Of a DNA stretch of 64,000 nt, positions 37,001 through 49,745 are shown in pieces (within the stretch, counting starts at the first letter, position 1; every line of letters begins with the position of its first letter). Origin of the DNA: Cirrosporium novae-zelandiae (taxonomy: Eukaryota); contig JAPETS010000019.1 of the NCBI GenBank assembly GCA_026023565.1, positions 186,001-250,000 of the forward strand. The letters run 5' to 3'. Made by a program: the position numbers and the translations under genes. The notes under the pieces are model-generated. The model was not told where the DNA came from. It did not search any database and worked only from the letters and a program-made list of their open reading frames with translations.

Positions 37001-37649
37001 TGCAGCTGGGAAAGAAAAAAAGGAAGAGGAGCAAGAGGAAGCTAAGAAACGAAGACGCGAACAGCATTTCAAACTCAAAGAGGCAGTTAAAAAACACGAA
37101 GAGAAGAAACTGCAGCAGGCAGATGGAACAGGAGGAGACTCCATCTCAAACAAAGACAACCCCAACGAAACCAAAAACGAACAAGAAGAAGATGAAGAAA
37201 CCGCCCCACCACCCCTAGACCTCGCAACCCTAATCGGAACCCCCCACCCCGCCGACACGCTCCTTAGCGCAATCCCCATGTGCGCTCCCTGGACCTCCTT
37301 AACGCACCACAAATACCGCGCCAAGCTCCAACCAGGCACCACCAAAAAAGGAAAAGCAATCCGTGAAATTCTAGGCCGATGGAACGAGGAGACCAAGGAT
37401 TCTGGACCGGGGGGGAAGCCGAGGAAGGGAGAGAGCGAGGAGGAAGCCAGGTTGAGGAGGGCCGAGGGAGAGGTGATTAGGATGTGGAGGGATGTGGAGG
37501 TTGTGGGTGTGGTGCCGGTGGGGAAGGTTAGGGTTTTGATGGGGGGTGGGAGCGGGAATGAGAAGGGGAAGGGTGGTGGTGGGGGTGCGGGACAGAGGAA
37601 GGGGAAGGGTGGGAATAGAGGTGGGAAGGGGAGTAAGAAGCAGAGGTGA
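34090..37649 (+). CDS. RQC2: Ribosome quality control complex subunit Rqc2/Tae2/NEMF
   Basis: MKQRFSSLDVK|VIAHEL..LRLANIYDLSS|RIFLFKF..DSGFRCH; GTDRII; LEFYAGGNIILTD; WFEKF..SSDGYLVIGGRDAQQNE; VHADL.GA; QVSKTA; LPRGKRAK; IPMCAPW..KLQPG..KKGKA. Confidence 0.96.
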
Positions 37650-38953
37650 TTGGCCTTGGTGATGACGATGATGATGATGATAACAACGATGATGAGAAAA
37701 ACGATGGTCCAGTCCAGTCTGGTACAAAAGCAACGATGTCAAAATGCAATTGCAAAATTCACGTATAAATTCGATGATTAGATATCACCCAGTGTAGATA
37801 TATAAGATAGCTAACTACACCTGAACATACATAGATATATACACCTCCCCAATCCAATCCCCCAAACCCCTTTCTCTCTCTCTCTCTCCTAGACTACAAA
37901 TCTACAAGTACTATACCAAACCACTCACTCCTCTTTCTCTTCTTTCTCCCCTCCTTCTTTTCCTCCTCTTTTCCACACGCTACAATAAATCGATTCCATC
38001 CTACTCAGTACAATCCCACCCTAACTAGTCAACTACCTAACCAACTTACATGATCTGGTATTAATTTTTATATTTTATATTCATACCATACCATCCCAAC
38101 TTCTGATGCCCTCCCTTCCTTTTTTTTTATCACTTATTTATTTCCTTAAGAGAAAGGGGGTGGGTGGGGAACTTTTCGTTTTTGTTTCTTAATTTTTATA
38201 GCTGCCTTTGTTTCAACACGCACATTTCCCATTTCCGTAATTACGATACGATACAGTCATATCCTACGTCCTACATCCCAAGCAAATTTAAACTAACTCA
38301 AGTAGACTAATTAATTATGTTTTTTTTTACTTTACTTTACTTTATCTGGAACATGAAACTACTCACTACCACCTAGGATAGGCCTTTTGCCATATCTAAT
38401 TAATTATTCCAGCTCCCCCCATTCAATTGAAGGGGGGGGGTTGTGGATCTCTTTCCCTCCATTTCCACCTCTCTGGTTTCACCTCTAACTCTCAAGTCCG
38501 AATACGAGATTCATCCATGCAAAGGAAAAAAAAAACGTCACTATCACTAATCTTGGCAATTCAATTCAATCCATAAAAGAAGCACCTATCTTTATCTTGA
38601 CGACCTATCGAAGAAAGTTTTTTTAGAAAAAGGAAAAAGTAAAAAAAAAAGGTGCCACCGTTCATCTCGACTCATCTAGTCTCTTGTCTTATCTTGACAC
38701 TTTCTTTCAACCACTAAACGCTCCGTCACGAAAGAATTCTCGAAAAAGGGGTCGCCACTATCCATCATCATCCATCATAAAAAAGAACGAGGGGGTATCG
38801 TCATCAAAATAGGACTAATAAAATGAAATGAAAACACCAGCCACACTTAAATAAAGAAACAAACACCGTAACCATGCCTAATGCAATGCCATGCTATGTT
38901 CCGTGTAGCCTTAAACCCACCCTTCCTTTACAAAACGCCTAATATCCTCAGAA

Positions 38954-41652
38954 TTAGTATCGAGGCTGATTAGGGTTAAATCTGGCTCCCGGACCCGGGT
39001 AAGCCTGATAACCTTGACTGTTTCCACCATTGTTGTGACTGCCACCGTAGGGGTCTGCCGTGTTAGATCTTGGAGGGGATCTAAAACCGGCTGGACTTGC
39101 TGTGTTGTTCCTTAGAGGAGCTCCAAAGGTTGCTGGAATAGCTGTATTAGACCTTGGTGGGGGGCCATAGTTTCCTGGAGTAGTTGTATTGGCCCTTGGC
39201 GGAGGCACAAAGGTTTCTGGATTGGCATTATTGATTTGTGAGGGAGGTTCGAAATTAGCTGGGCTTGCTGTGTAGGCCCTCGGAGGAGCGAATGTAGCTG
39301 GACTAGCTGTATTAATCCTCGGCGGAGGACCATAATTCGCTGGACTCGCGGTATTTTCCCGGAGTGGCGGTCCCCTTGGTGGAGGGCCCATCCATCCACC
39401 TGGACTGGCTGTTGCAGCTCTTGGTGGCAGTATTGGGCCTGGTGGAGAATTATATTCTCTGTAAGCATCGTATATGGTGTCATCGTAAGTAGCCGGTGGT
39501 GTAGTACCCCTCTGTTGTGGCGGTGCAGTCCCGAGCCGTTGGGGAGGAGTGGCCATTTGATGCATTGGCAATGGAGCAGTACCCACTCTCCGTGGAGGAG
39601 ATTGCGACGAGAAGTAGTCCCCTGGAGGCCGAGAGGTGGTGGGGGTAGAGAAATTACGGTATGTGGGAGATGGCATGTTCCCCAGAGGTTGTGAGGAAGC
39701 AGGTGTAGCACTTCGGGACATGGACGGGTTAAAGGCAACATAGCCGCTATTATTTGATGGTTGGGGCGGGTTGGCAGGAGTTTGGATGCTCATTTCAATA
39801 TCCTGACCGGGAGGTGGCATTTGCCTACTCCCAGCAGAAGAAGGCGTACGCCTGTCGAGATACTCTGCTGGAGAATTAAAAAATCCGGGAGTGGAGCGTC
39901 CCTGAGTATCAAGTGGCGGCAAGACTGGGGTTTGACGACCAAAGCTCACAGGAGAGTTCTCACGTAGGGGGCCCATGGACGGTGGAGGGGGGCCTAGGTT
40001 TCTTCTCCCCATAGCATCAACAACCATAGGAGTATTTTGGCGAGGTGGAGGCATTGGTGCAGGGCCAGGGGTTCTCCTTCCCATTGAATCATAATTACTC
40101 ATATTTGAGTCTTGTTGAAAAGCCGGCCGTCCCATTGAATCGTAGCTCATGTTTGTATCTTGGTTAGGAAGTGGGTCCATTGGTGCTCCTGGTGTACTTC
40201 GGCCTTGTGAACCAAATGATTTTTGCGTGAACTGGGAGCCTCCCGTCACTGTGCGATTCAACAATGTAGGTGCATTACTGAAATTGTCCTCGGAATTGCG
40301 TGGAGCAGGCCCATCAGCGTAGCCCATATCGCTTGCTCCACCCACCAACGGAGCATTTGATGCGTAACTCCTGTTCGACATGGCAGATGCTTGAGTAGCG
40401 GACCGCGAGGGCCCTCCAGGTCGTTTATTATCGATGTTTGGAAGGGTTGGCTGCCGATCAAAGCTAGGCCTTGGGTTGTCATTCCTCGTCGGTGGTCTCG
40501 AGGTATATGGAGGCAAAGTGGCTTCAGTATTTGTCCTTGTTGGATGCGGCATATCTGGTAACTTGTTGTCGGTGTTTTGGAGAACTGGTATCGTCGGTTT
40601 GCGTTGAACCTCTTGAGGCTTTTCGCCCTTTCTCCTCGCCTTAGCTTCTTCCTTGGCCCTTTGGGCTTCTTCTTTCTTAAAAGTTTTTTCGATTTTCTTT
40701 TTTACGATCTTGTGAAGACTCTTGTCGACCTTTCGTTTGCAGTATCCTTTAAGACTGCCGTCCGCAGTCGGAATATGGTGCCAAAGAAAAAGAATGTAGA
40801 ATATACATCCAACGAGGAGCGATATGACATGCAACACCCATATGATCAAGGTAAACAGCATACCACTAAGGATCAACACCTGTTCTTTATTGGTCTCAGC
40901 TAGAGCTTCAATATTGATGAAAAACTGAACAAAGTCTGAAGTCCCGTCAGATGATTTATTATCTCCTGTAGGCACGAGGTTCAACTCCATGACGGAATAT
41001 AGCGTTATCGCATTGATTACTTGGCGCGGACCTTGGGCGAAGCAGACTCGGAGCCAGCCTAACAAGATTAGTAGGAACTCAACAATAACACTTGGGCGCG
41101 TTACCTTCAAAGGCAAAGTATGTGAAGAGGGCAATGTACTCAACGCCTTTTTTACTCTTGGTAAGGGCAGCAAACAGAAGGAAACGTCGCCAGCCGCGTC
41201 CGTTATTTCCCACACGAATACTCTGTAATCGCACAGCCAAAGGATCCAGATAACTTGCCGCAATGCCACTGCTCCTGATTGCTCGAAGGGCTTTTAGCCA
41301 ACGATGGACCAGTAATACAAGAGAGAGGACAATGCATCCACCGAATATCCATCGTGAAACTTTAAAGGGTATCGCTGGGTCCACAGAACTAGACCAGGTA
41401 TCGAAGACCAGGAGATTAATTGCTGTAAATATGTCGACGACGTAAACAGCAACGGAAACTATTAACATGACGATGAGAAAAATGTAGGATAGCACCGGGC
41501 CACAGGAATTCGACCTGAAATCGGAAAGATTCTACGTGATAATTGTCAGTGGATTGGGCCAACAAATAAAACAGGAAAAACCATACGATGTATTCCCATT
41601 TTTGTTCCGCCTTCACGTCGCCTAGCTTCTCTCTCTGCCCGCAGCAACCCAT
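38954..41652 (-). CDS. Kch1/Prm6-family fungal potassium transporter / pheromone-regulated membrane protein with long Pro-rich tail
   Basis: MGCCGQREK..EQKWEYI|NLSDFRS..YIFLIVMLIVSVAVYVVDIFTAINLL; YIALFTYFAFE|GWLRVCFAQGPRQVINAITLYSV; FLWHHIP..SLKGYCKRKVDK. Two introns (~41586..41533, ~41105..41060). Confidence 0.85.
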
Positions 41653-42955
41653 TGATACACAGAATCTAAATATTATTCTTCAACTTGGCCCTGCCAAGTA
41701 ACAATGTCTGATTATCGTAAGGAATGTGGTATCTGTAAATCCCAGGGCTTAATTAGATAAGCCCAAGTAGGATTAGAAGCGTCGGTCCAGCCGATTCAGA
41801 TTTGGATGGAGGATCTCATGGATCAAAGCCTGGATGTGGTGATGTTGATAAAGGTAATGCGCAACGGTATTTCCAATCGCGAAAAGGCTCAAGGTAAATC
41901 AAAGGTGTTTCGAGTTGACAATTCGAGCAACTGCTCGAAGTTGCACAATCAATGAATGTCTGTTCTAGATAGGACTTATAGTGAGGGTGAATTGACATGA
42001 CCTTATTTACAAATGAGGTACTGTCATCCGCCAAGGAAAAAGGAAGGGTCAAGGCCACGGGAGTTGTTTCGAATTGTTTGGAGGATATTCTCAATACTGG
42101 GATAGCTGAAGTGGTTGGCGCTAGTATTGAGTATATCTACCCGTGGGGTATAGCTGTGGGATAATATTAAGGAATGTAAGTGATGGTTGAAGTCTTGTGC
42201 GACAGCGATAAAAAAAGAAAAGGTCAGTAAAGAGAGGACCTATAGAGGGGAATTTTACTATGCGGTCGGAGAGATATGAAACAAGTTGAAGGGAGAGATC
42301 AAAAGGTAGAGATGGACAGGAGGAGGGCGATTCTTCAATGTCTTTGGTGGTCTTGAGTGGTTGCATCCAATAGTTCCGGTTTGGGGACAACCTAAAGAAA
42401 AGCCTAGAGGAAAGCCTAGAGAGGAGAGTAGCCTATCAACAGGGGGGGTTGCATTAAACCCAGGCACTCACTAAGTCATCCATATTACCTTATTTGACCT
42501 TAACGCCAGTAACTTTGTTCATTAAGGGTTTAGCTATCATGACCAGTCCAATAGGCATTTAACTGTGCTCAATTGCCCATCGCGGGTTCCTGCATGCTTT
42601 TTTGTCGCCGAACTCTCCCAACAAAGCCGTTAGAGGCTTGTCAGATATCTGTATCAGACAGACATTTCCATCTCTTGGCATTTAATGTCTCCCGTCTCCG
42701 ATTGACATGCTGCACATCAGGGCCCATTTTCCTGTTTCGCCAACAAATGATCAACATCTATCAACAGCATTTTATTCTCATTTTTACTTTTCTACTGGTT
42801 AAAATTCAACTTTCTTTTTTTCTCCATTGGCGATCAGACTATAGACTATTTATTAGTTAATAATGTAACTGTAAAGGTTACAAAATGCGCCTACTCGAGT
42901 AAGTGATGATGGAAAGAAAAGTGCTTATTTCCTAAAAATTCAAAGTTTAATTACC

Positions 42956-43995
42956 TCAGTACGCAATCATAGGAGAGAGATAGGAATTGACCTTCGTATT
43001 CGAATTCGTTAAATCTCCTTTATCAATATCTTCAACTGACGTCAATTCCTGCGTCTCCACAATGCTTACTTAGCCTTTGTAAATATTGCATTTATCCTGT
43101 GCTTCTTGCTACTTCAATTTTTTCATGTCCTTCTACTTCTTGCTCGCATGAATTTTACTCTCCTGTTTCTCCAACGTCTGAACCCATCTCTCAGGGAAGG
43201 TAACTTGTATTTGCAACTACAACATCTTCTCCCCTCTAACATACTCTGCCTGCGATCTATTGTTAAATGCCTGCGACTTCAAGATCTTGTCAGCATCTGC
43301 CATAGCCTTTCCTGGCCATGTCTTCGTAATAGAGATCAAGATCAGCTCGAGCAATTCTTCTGGGAACCCTGCCTATTGAACTGCGTATGTACCATGCTCC
43401 CTAGCCCATGCAACACCAGATTACTCAGTAACCCCGTCGTTTTTTAATAGCTCAATGTCGCTGAATTCCTTGATCTGCGTCTCGAGGTCATGCTTACCCT
43501 GAGAGATGCGTCTTGATCATCTTCCGAAGCCTCTAAGCTTCCTCAATATGCTTAGCGCGTAGATCATACAATTTTTAAAGAGTGCTAGTGACTTAGCTAA
43601 ACACCAGCGTGAATAAAATACCTACAACAAGCAAGTGAGATGACGGACAACATTCCATCTAAGATTGTACACGCGGAAGAAGAGAATAAGATCCAAAAGC
43701 AAATGAGGCTCTAGACCTAGTAATGTTACTAGGATGAAATGATTGGAGATAAAGCTTTAGGATTCTGAGGAAAGAGGTGGACATGACTACGCCAGAATGA
43801 TAGCCGATTCTTGAAGGGCTCCCTAGGATGTCTACTAGAGTCTAGCATGGGTGAGATGTATGTATGCAACCAAGTCAATACCGCAATACGGATATCAGGC
43901 CTTGGTAAATCAAGGAAAATATATCTCGTAGTGCTGAACAGGAAAAGAATAAGATAGAATGCTTTCATACTAGTAATAAAATAAAGTAGCAACAT
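42956..43995 (-). pseudogene. Probable decayed gene with multiple in-frame TAA/TAG stops
   Basis: A minus frame from ~43498 to 42956 reads as protein-like text (..WAREHGTYAVQ*AGFPEELLELILISITKTWPGKAMADADKILK..) broken by six TAA/TAG and no TGA. The upstream 43729..43995 ORF also continues through clustered TAG/TAA. No family recognised. Confidence 0.4.
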
Positions 43996-45115
43996 AATGA
44001 ATATACTTAAGTAGTGGAACTGAAATTTTCAATGAGTTCGCAAGACGTTAGAATAAAGAACCATCTATTTATATCTATTGGTGGGGTTAGATTATTATTG
44101 TAATGGCTTTTATTTATTATATATGTTATAACTGTATATTATACATGCATATATATCCATTTCAATCATTATTAATACCCAGACAACCTCTTTACCATCC
44201 CCCAAAGCCCGTCTTCCCCCCAAACTTCGGGCGTGTCTGACTACGAATCCAAAAGACCAAAGAGCAATACTTACTAAGGACACTATCAACTTGAAATTGA
44301 ATATCTGCTCTTCTTCAAGCTAGCTATCAATATCATAGTAAGTGGGTTTCGCATATGCATGCGTACTCCGATTTCGCCGTATCCTATTGCGTCATCGAAT
44401 AGCATAGAAGGACTTGATATATATCATATCACCCCGGAGAGACGGAAGTGCCATTGGAGAAAAATGGAGGGTAGAACCTCCATCTACAGCCATTAGACTA
44501 CATCGTCAAGGTACGCTCAACTATTAATCAGTAGATATTGTCAAAAGGGCCAAAAATGTTTTGTCGTACTAGATCCCATTGGAGTGATATCGCTGTGGAA
44601 ATCCACGGATAGTGGTTTCGAATTGCCATATTCGGACGTCCGAGCAGTAGCATTACTTCCGTGACCATCTCCGGCTTCCCAATTCCAGGAAGGGAAACTT
44701 AATCCAATCCAAACACTCACAGCTACTTAGATGAAGCATCTTCCAAGAAAAGCCAACTCTTGCAACTGGCCCCCGCGCAAACACCCACCCTTGTCATGTA
44801 AGCACAATGGGACCATTTGAACCCCTGACTGATTCTCACGACGAGTTGGAACGCACAAAAAGCAGAGGGAAATGTCAACGAGTGACCAATTTGCATATAT
44901 AGCTGCATATGTTGGCATGGGATATGCAAACGACGTCTGCGTTGTGAATGACGTGCTTGAGATAAGACAGGAAAAATCGAGATCAATAGGAAATAGACCC
45001 CGCATTAGAAGCTGGAGAAATCAGATAAAATGCTCAAATAGAAAAGACAAACAAAAGCTATAGATGTGAAAAGCCTAATAATTGAAATCAAAAATTTGTG
45101 CTGGGAATAATTGCA

Positions 45116-46726
45116 ATGGCTGAAGCAAAGGCATCTGGTAATGGCGGGAAAAAGAAAATCCTCTTAAACGCGTTTGATATGTTTACAGTTGGACATCTTT
45201 CCCCAGGACAATGGAAGGTAATTTCAACCTTAATTACAGCAAACAGAATCACTAGTCAAACATGTTAACAATTATTTCAACCCTAGAATCCCAAAGACCA
45301 ATCTGCGAACAAAGACGATCTCGAATACTGGATCAACCTTGCAAAATTACTAGAGAAGGGGAATATCAACGCTCTCTTTCTTGCAGATACCTTTGGTGGA
45401 CATGAGACCTATGAAGGAAGTTTGGATAATTGTATCCGTAGGGCAGCGCAATGGCCAGTGAGGGATCCCACAATCGTAAGTCTGGTTTTTTGTATTCCGT
45501 ACAGTTCAAGAGCCTGCTTATCTGACAATCATGATAGCCCATATCTGCAATGGCAGCTGTGACCAAAAATCTTGCTTTTGGAATAACAGCCTCCACAAGC
45601 GCCGATGCACCCTACCTCCTCGCAAAACGTTTCTCAACTTTGGATCATCTCACAAAGGGCCGTATAGGCTGGAATATTGTTACATCCTATAAGAAGTCGG
45701 CATTCAAAGCAGTTGGGCTTGATAATCCAATCGACCATGATCTACGCTACGATCAAGCCGACGAATACCTACGCCTTCTATACAAATTATGGGAGGGCTC
45801 ATGGGCGGATGATGCTATCGTGAAAAATGCCGCTGAAGATATATTTGCTGATCCGGACAAGATTCGCCAGATCAACCATCATGGGAAATTCTTCAATCTT
45901 GAGTCACGATTCATAGTAGACCCATCTCCCCAACGTACTCCTTTCCTCTTCCAGGCTGGTACATCACCGTATGACCCCTAAACCCAATAATTTTTATCGG
46001 CTAGTTCTGATGTTTTCCAGTGCTGGTTCGTCATTCGCCGCGAAACATGCCGAAGCAATCTTTGTGACCAGCCATAGTCCTCAAGCCCTTCGGCCAAAAA
46101 TTGAAAAGATTCGCCAACTAGCCGAAGAAGCAGGTAGAGACCCAGCTTCCCTCAAATTTTTTGGAACATACACCCCCTTCATTGGCCGTACTGAAGAGGA
46201 AGCTCAAGCCAAGTATGAAGAAGGACTAAAAAACGCTTCCGTTGTCGGTGGCCTTGTGCTTTTTAGTGGCTGGACCGGTATTGACATATCGAAGGTTCCT
46301 CTTGACGATGAGATTACATCTACAAATTTAACAGAGGTAAACAGGATACATTCTGCCCTGGATAACCTTACAGCAACTAGTAAAAGCATACCAAAATGGA
46401 CACCGAGGGTCATCGCTCAAAAATCAGCTATCGGAGGTCTGGGCCCTGTAGGAGTCGGAACCCCTGCTACTATAGCAGACGAGCTTGAAAGTTGGGTTAA
46501 CGAGGCAGGGCTTGATGGTTTCAACATTGCACACGTTACGACTCCGGGCACATTTGAGGATGTTGTTGAGTTATTGATTCCAGAGCTACATCGACGTGAT
46601 ATCTATCCTTTAGAGAGTCAGCACGGCTTAACTGCGAGGGAGAAAGTGTATGGCTTCGGCCAAGCACGTCTGAGGCCAGACCATATTGGAAGTAAATACA
46701 AATACGACGTCTATAAGGAGGATTAA
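45116..46726 (+). CDS. Luciferase-like FMNH2-dependent monooxygenase, NtaA/SnaA/DszA family
   Basis: KKILLNAFDMFTVGHLSPGQWK|NP..YWINLAKLLEKG..LFLAD; RFSTLDHLTKGRIGWNIVTS; HDLRYDQADEY..YKLWEGSW; PSPQRTPFLFQAGTS; FAAKHAEAIF; DGFN. Three introns. Confidence 0.93.
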
Positions 46727-48019
46727 GCCAAATATCTAGCATCTATGTGAATGCAAGCTAACAGAAAATATCACGGTAGATTGCCACAAGATCTCTGATT
46801 GCCAGAAGAAGAAGAAGTGCAATGACCACGGAAATAACCATTTAGCTTATATTCCACTTCTAGGGTAAAAAACCAAGTCTAATGCTTTTAATGGGTAGAA
46901 ACGAAAGGGACTAGACTTACGTAAGTTGTATATACTTTGAGGTCTTCGAACTGACTATGAAGGCCACTAAAGCCACTCTTTCGTTCCACCTTTGGGTCAG
47001 TTTGTTTTCATTTTTACACTGGAAATACTATCTAGCGTGATTCACATGCCTAGTAAGGTACCTACTACGAAAAAATAAAAAATAAAATAGCAAAATAGCA
47101 AAAAGTTCAGATGCCCCCCCTGCGTCAGAGTTAATTGAACATCTTATGAAAACCCTCTCATTCCAGACCTGCTCATCCTAGATAGAGGGTTCTTCGTCAA
47201 CCCTTCCCAAATTCCTTGCATTTTCGAAATTTGATTTTTGTCGTTGGTCGGATTCGACCGCAGTACCTCCATTGTCCTGACTCTGAAATGCGCCCGGTGG
47301 TACTGAATGATTTACCGCTGAGCCAATGCGGTCTCTCGTTGAATGAATGAAGTTTAATATTCCACTAGCTTTTGATTGTGTTGTGTGGTGCTGTGTTGAC
47401 CATCGAGGAGGCCTCCGAAGTGTATTGTCATATCTAAGACTAGCACGCATGTGGTTCTGTTTCTTGTATTTACGGAACATCGAAAATCAAGAAGAGCCAC
47501 TTACGCGTTTTATGTGAAGCAAGTGGAACGGATCTGCCTCCCCATTGCATTGAAGGAGGACCACCCTCAATGTCTCAATTATACACTGCATCCCCTAGCG
47601 CCAACCCCAATCGGCTAATATTTCTAGATCCATAGACTAATAGTACATCTTATGAAGTGGCACCTGGTATAAGTAGCACACATTCGGTATCCAGTGAAAC
47701 TCCGATAATCACTGCCAAGTCGGAGACCTTGCACAGAATATGCAGACTTCTGCAATACCAATCATCATGCGTACAATGGAAAATCTCTACTAGAATACTT
47801 GGGGAGTCGAAGATGGAGCTGTGCACCCAAGTTGACATTCACAGCATATGCTTAATGATGGATGTGGATGAAGAGGACTTATGGGGTTTATCTTAAGCGT
47901 CCCCCCAGGCTTTGGTTCTTTCTCCTTCTTCTATTATTGATGTGAAGCAGGCAATTGAATCAGTTTATTTATCAAATATATACCACCGACTAGACAAAAC
48001 CTCTCTAGATCTTTAAACA

Positions 48020-49745
48020 ATGGCGAAACCTACAGAAGCCCAACGACGTTGGTATCACTGGTATGCGCCTAGCGATACCTTGGAGGAAAGAAAGTTGATC
48101 GTGAAGTTGGATCTCCTAATCGTTCCAATTGCTTTCACGGTTTACTGGGTGAAGTATATGGATCAAGCCAATATCAGTAAGTGCAATTATGTCAGACTGG
48201 GGAGATTTCTTTTTGCATTGCTGAGTCAATAACGATAGACAACGCCTACGTGAGCGGGATGAAAGAAGACCTAGGCTTTTACGGCAACGAGCTTGTTCAC
48301 TTCCAGACGATCTATGTTTTGGGAGCGGTTTTGGGCCAGATTCCCTGTGCATACCTCTTGACAACAATTCCGATGCAATTATTGATCCCGACCATGGACC
48401 TGGGATGGGGGACATTCAATCTTCTTCAATTTCGTGCCAACTCGTACTCGGAAATCATGGCTTATCGCTTCATGGTCGGTCTTTGTGAGGTTTGAGGTTA
48501 TCCAAATACCGAGAGGTATCTTTTATGGTGGCTAACGCGTCAAGACAGAGCGCGTATTATCCGGGGGTGCACTACGTCCTAGGATCCTGGTACCGAGCGG
48601 ATGAAATTGGCCGCAGGGGAGGTCTCTTCTTCCTTGGAAATACCCTGGGAACCCTAACGGCATCCCTGATCCAGAGCAGAGCTTCATCCCACCTCGACGG
48701 CGTCAACGGTCTAGCTGGCTGGCGCTGGATGTTTATTATTACATCTATAATGACCCTCCCTCTCGGCATCCTAGGCTTCTTCATCTGGCCCGGCACGCCC
48801 TCCAAACCTAGAATGCTCTTCCTCTCTCCTAAAGATATCCGCCTCGCAAAATCCCGCCTCCGTATCAACGGAGCCCAAGACACCACCGCCTCCACCAAGT
48901 GGACTTGGTCCCTCTTAAAGCACGTCTTCTCCACTTGGAAAATCTACATGCTCACAATCTGGACCATATTCTCCTGGCAGGGAAACCTGAACACCTCATC
49001 TGGCGGCTTTCTCTTATGGCTGAAATCCCTAAACCGTTACTCCGTCAGCGAGATCAACAACCTCAACGCCATCTCCCCGGGCCTCGGAATGCTCTACGTC
49101 CTCTTCCTTTCCTTTGGCAGCGATCTCTTCCTCGGACGCATGGGTGCCATAGTGCTCGGATACTCAGTACAGATCACGAGTCTCCTCATACTCTCTGTGT
49201 GGAACGTCCCGGAGCCTGCGAAGTGGTTTGCGTTCATGACCACATACTTTTCCAGTGCTGTCAGCGTTATTCAGTACGGCTGGGCAAACGATATCTGCAA
49301 GCACAATATCAGGGAGCGGGGGTTTACACTTATTGTGATGAATGCTGTCAGCCAGAGTACGACTGCGTGGACGGCGTTGCTGGTGTTTAAGACGGTGGAA
49401 GGACCCAGGTTTCCGAAAGGGTATCCATTTGTGGCGGCATGTGGAATGACGTTTCTAGGGGTGACGGTTTTAGTTAGGTATTTGCATCGGAGGATGGAGT
49501 ATGTGACTTTTTTTTTTGGTTTTTCTTAAAAATCTTTAATCTCGTGGATATTTCAGAGATCACTAACACTCTCTCCCTCTCACAGGAAGAAATACGAACA
49601 AGATGCCCTAATAATCTCAAGTGAAGAACCAACCCCCACCGCAGAGCATCATCATGACCAAGGTAATGAAAGCCAACCACCACGACCAAACATTACAAAA
49701 ACCGCATCTATTAATATTATTAAAGAGGAAAAAATGTCAATTTAA
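48020..49745 (+). CDS. MFS transporter, Dal5/ACS family, Seo1/Fen2(Liz1)-like subgroup
   Basis: ERKLIVKLDLLI..WVKYMDQANI|NNAYVSGMKEDLGFYGNEL; YPGVHYVLGSWYRADEIGRRGG; LDGVNGLAGWRWMFII; TVEGPRFPKGY. Three introns; last exon ends ..EEKMSI* at 49745. Confidence 0.9.

Noticed and set aside
36397..37755. Several long antisense ORFs over the RQC2 3' half
   Set aside because: Mirror frames of low-complexity, skewed coding sequence; no domain features.
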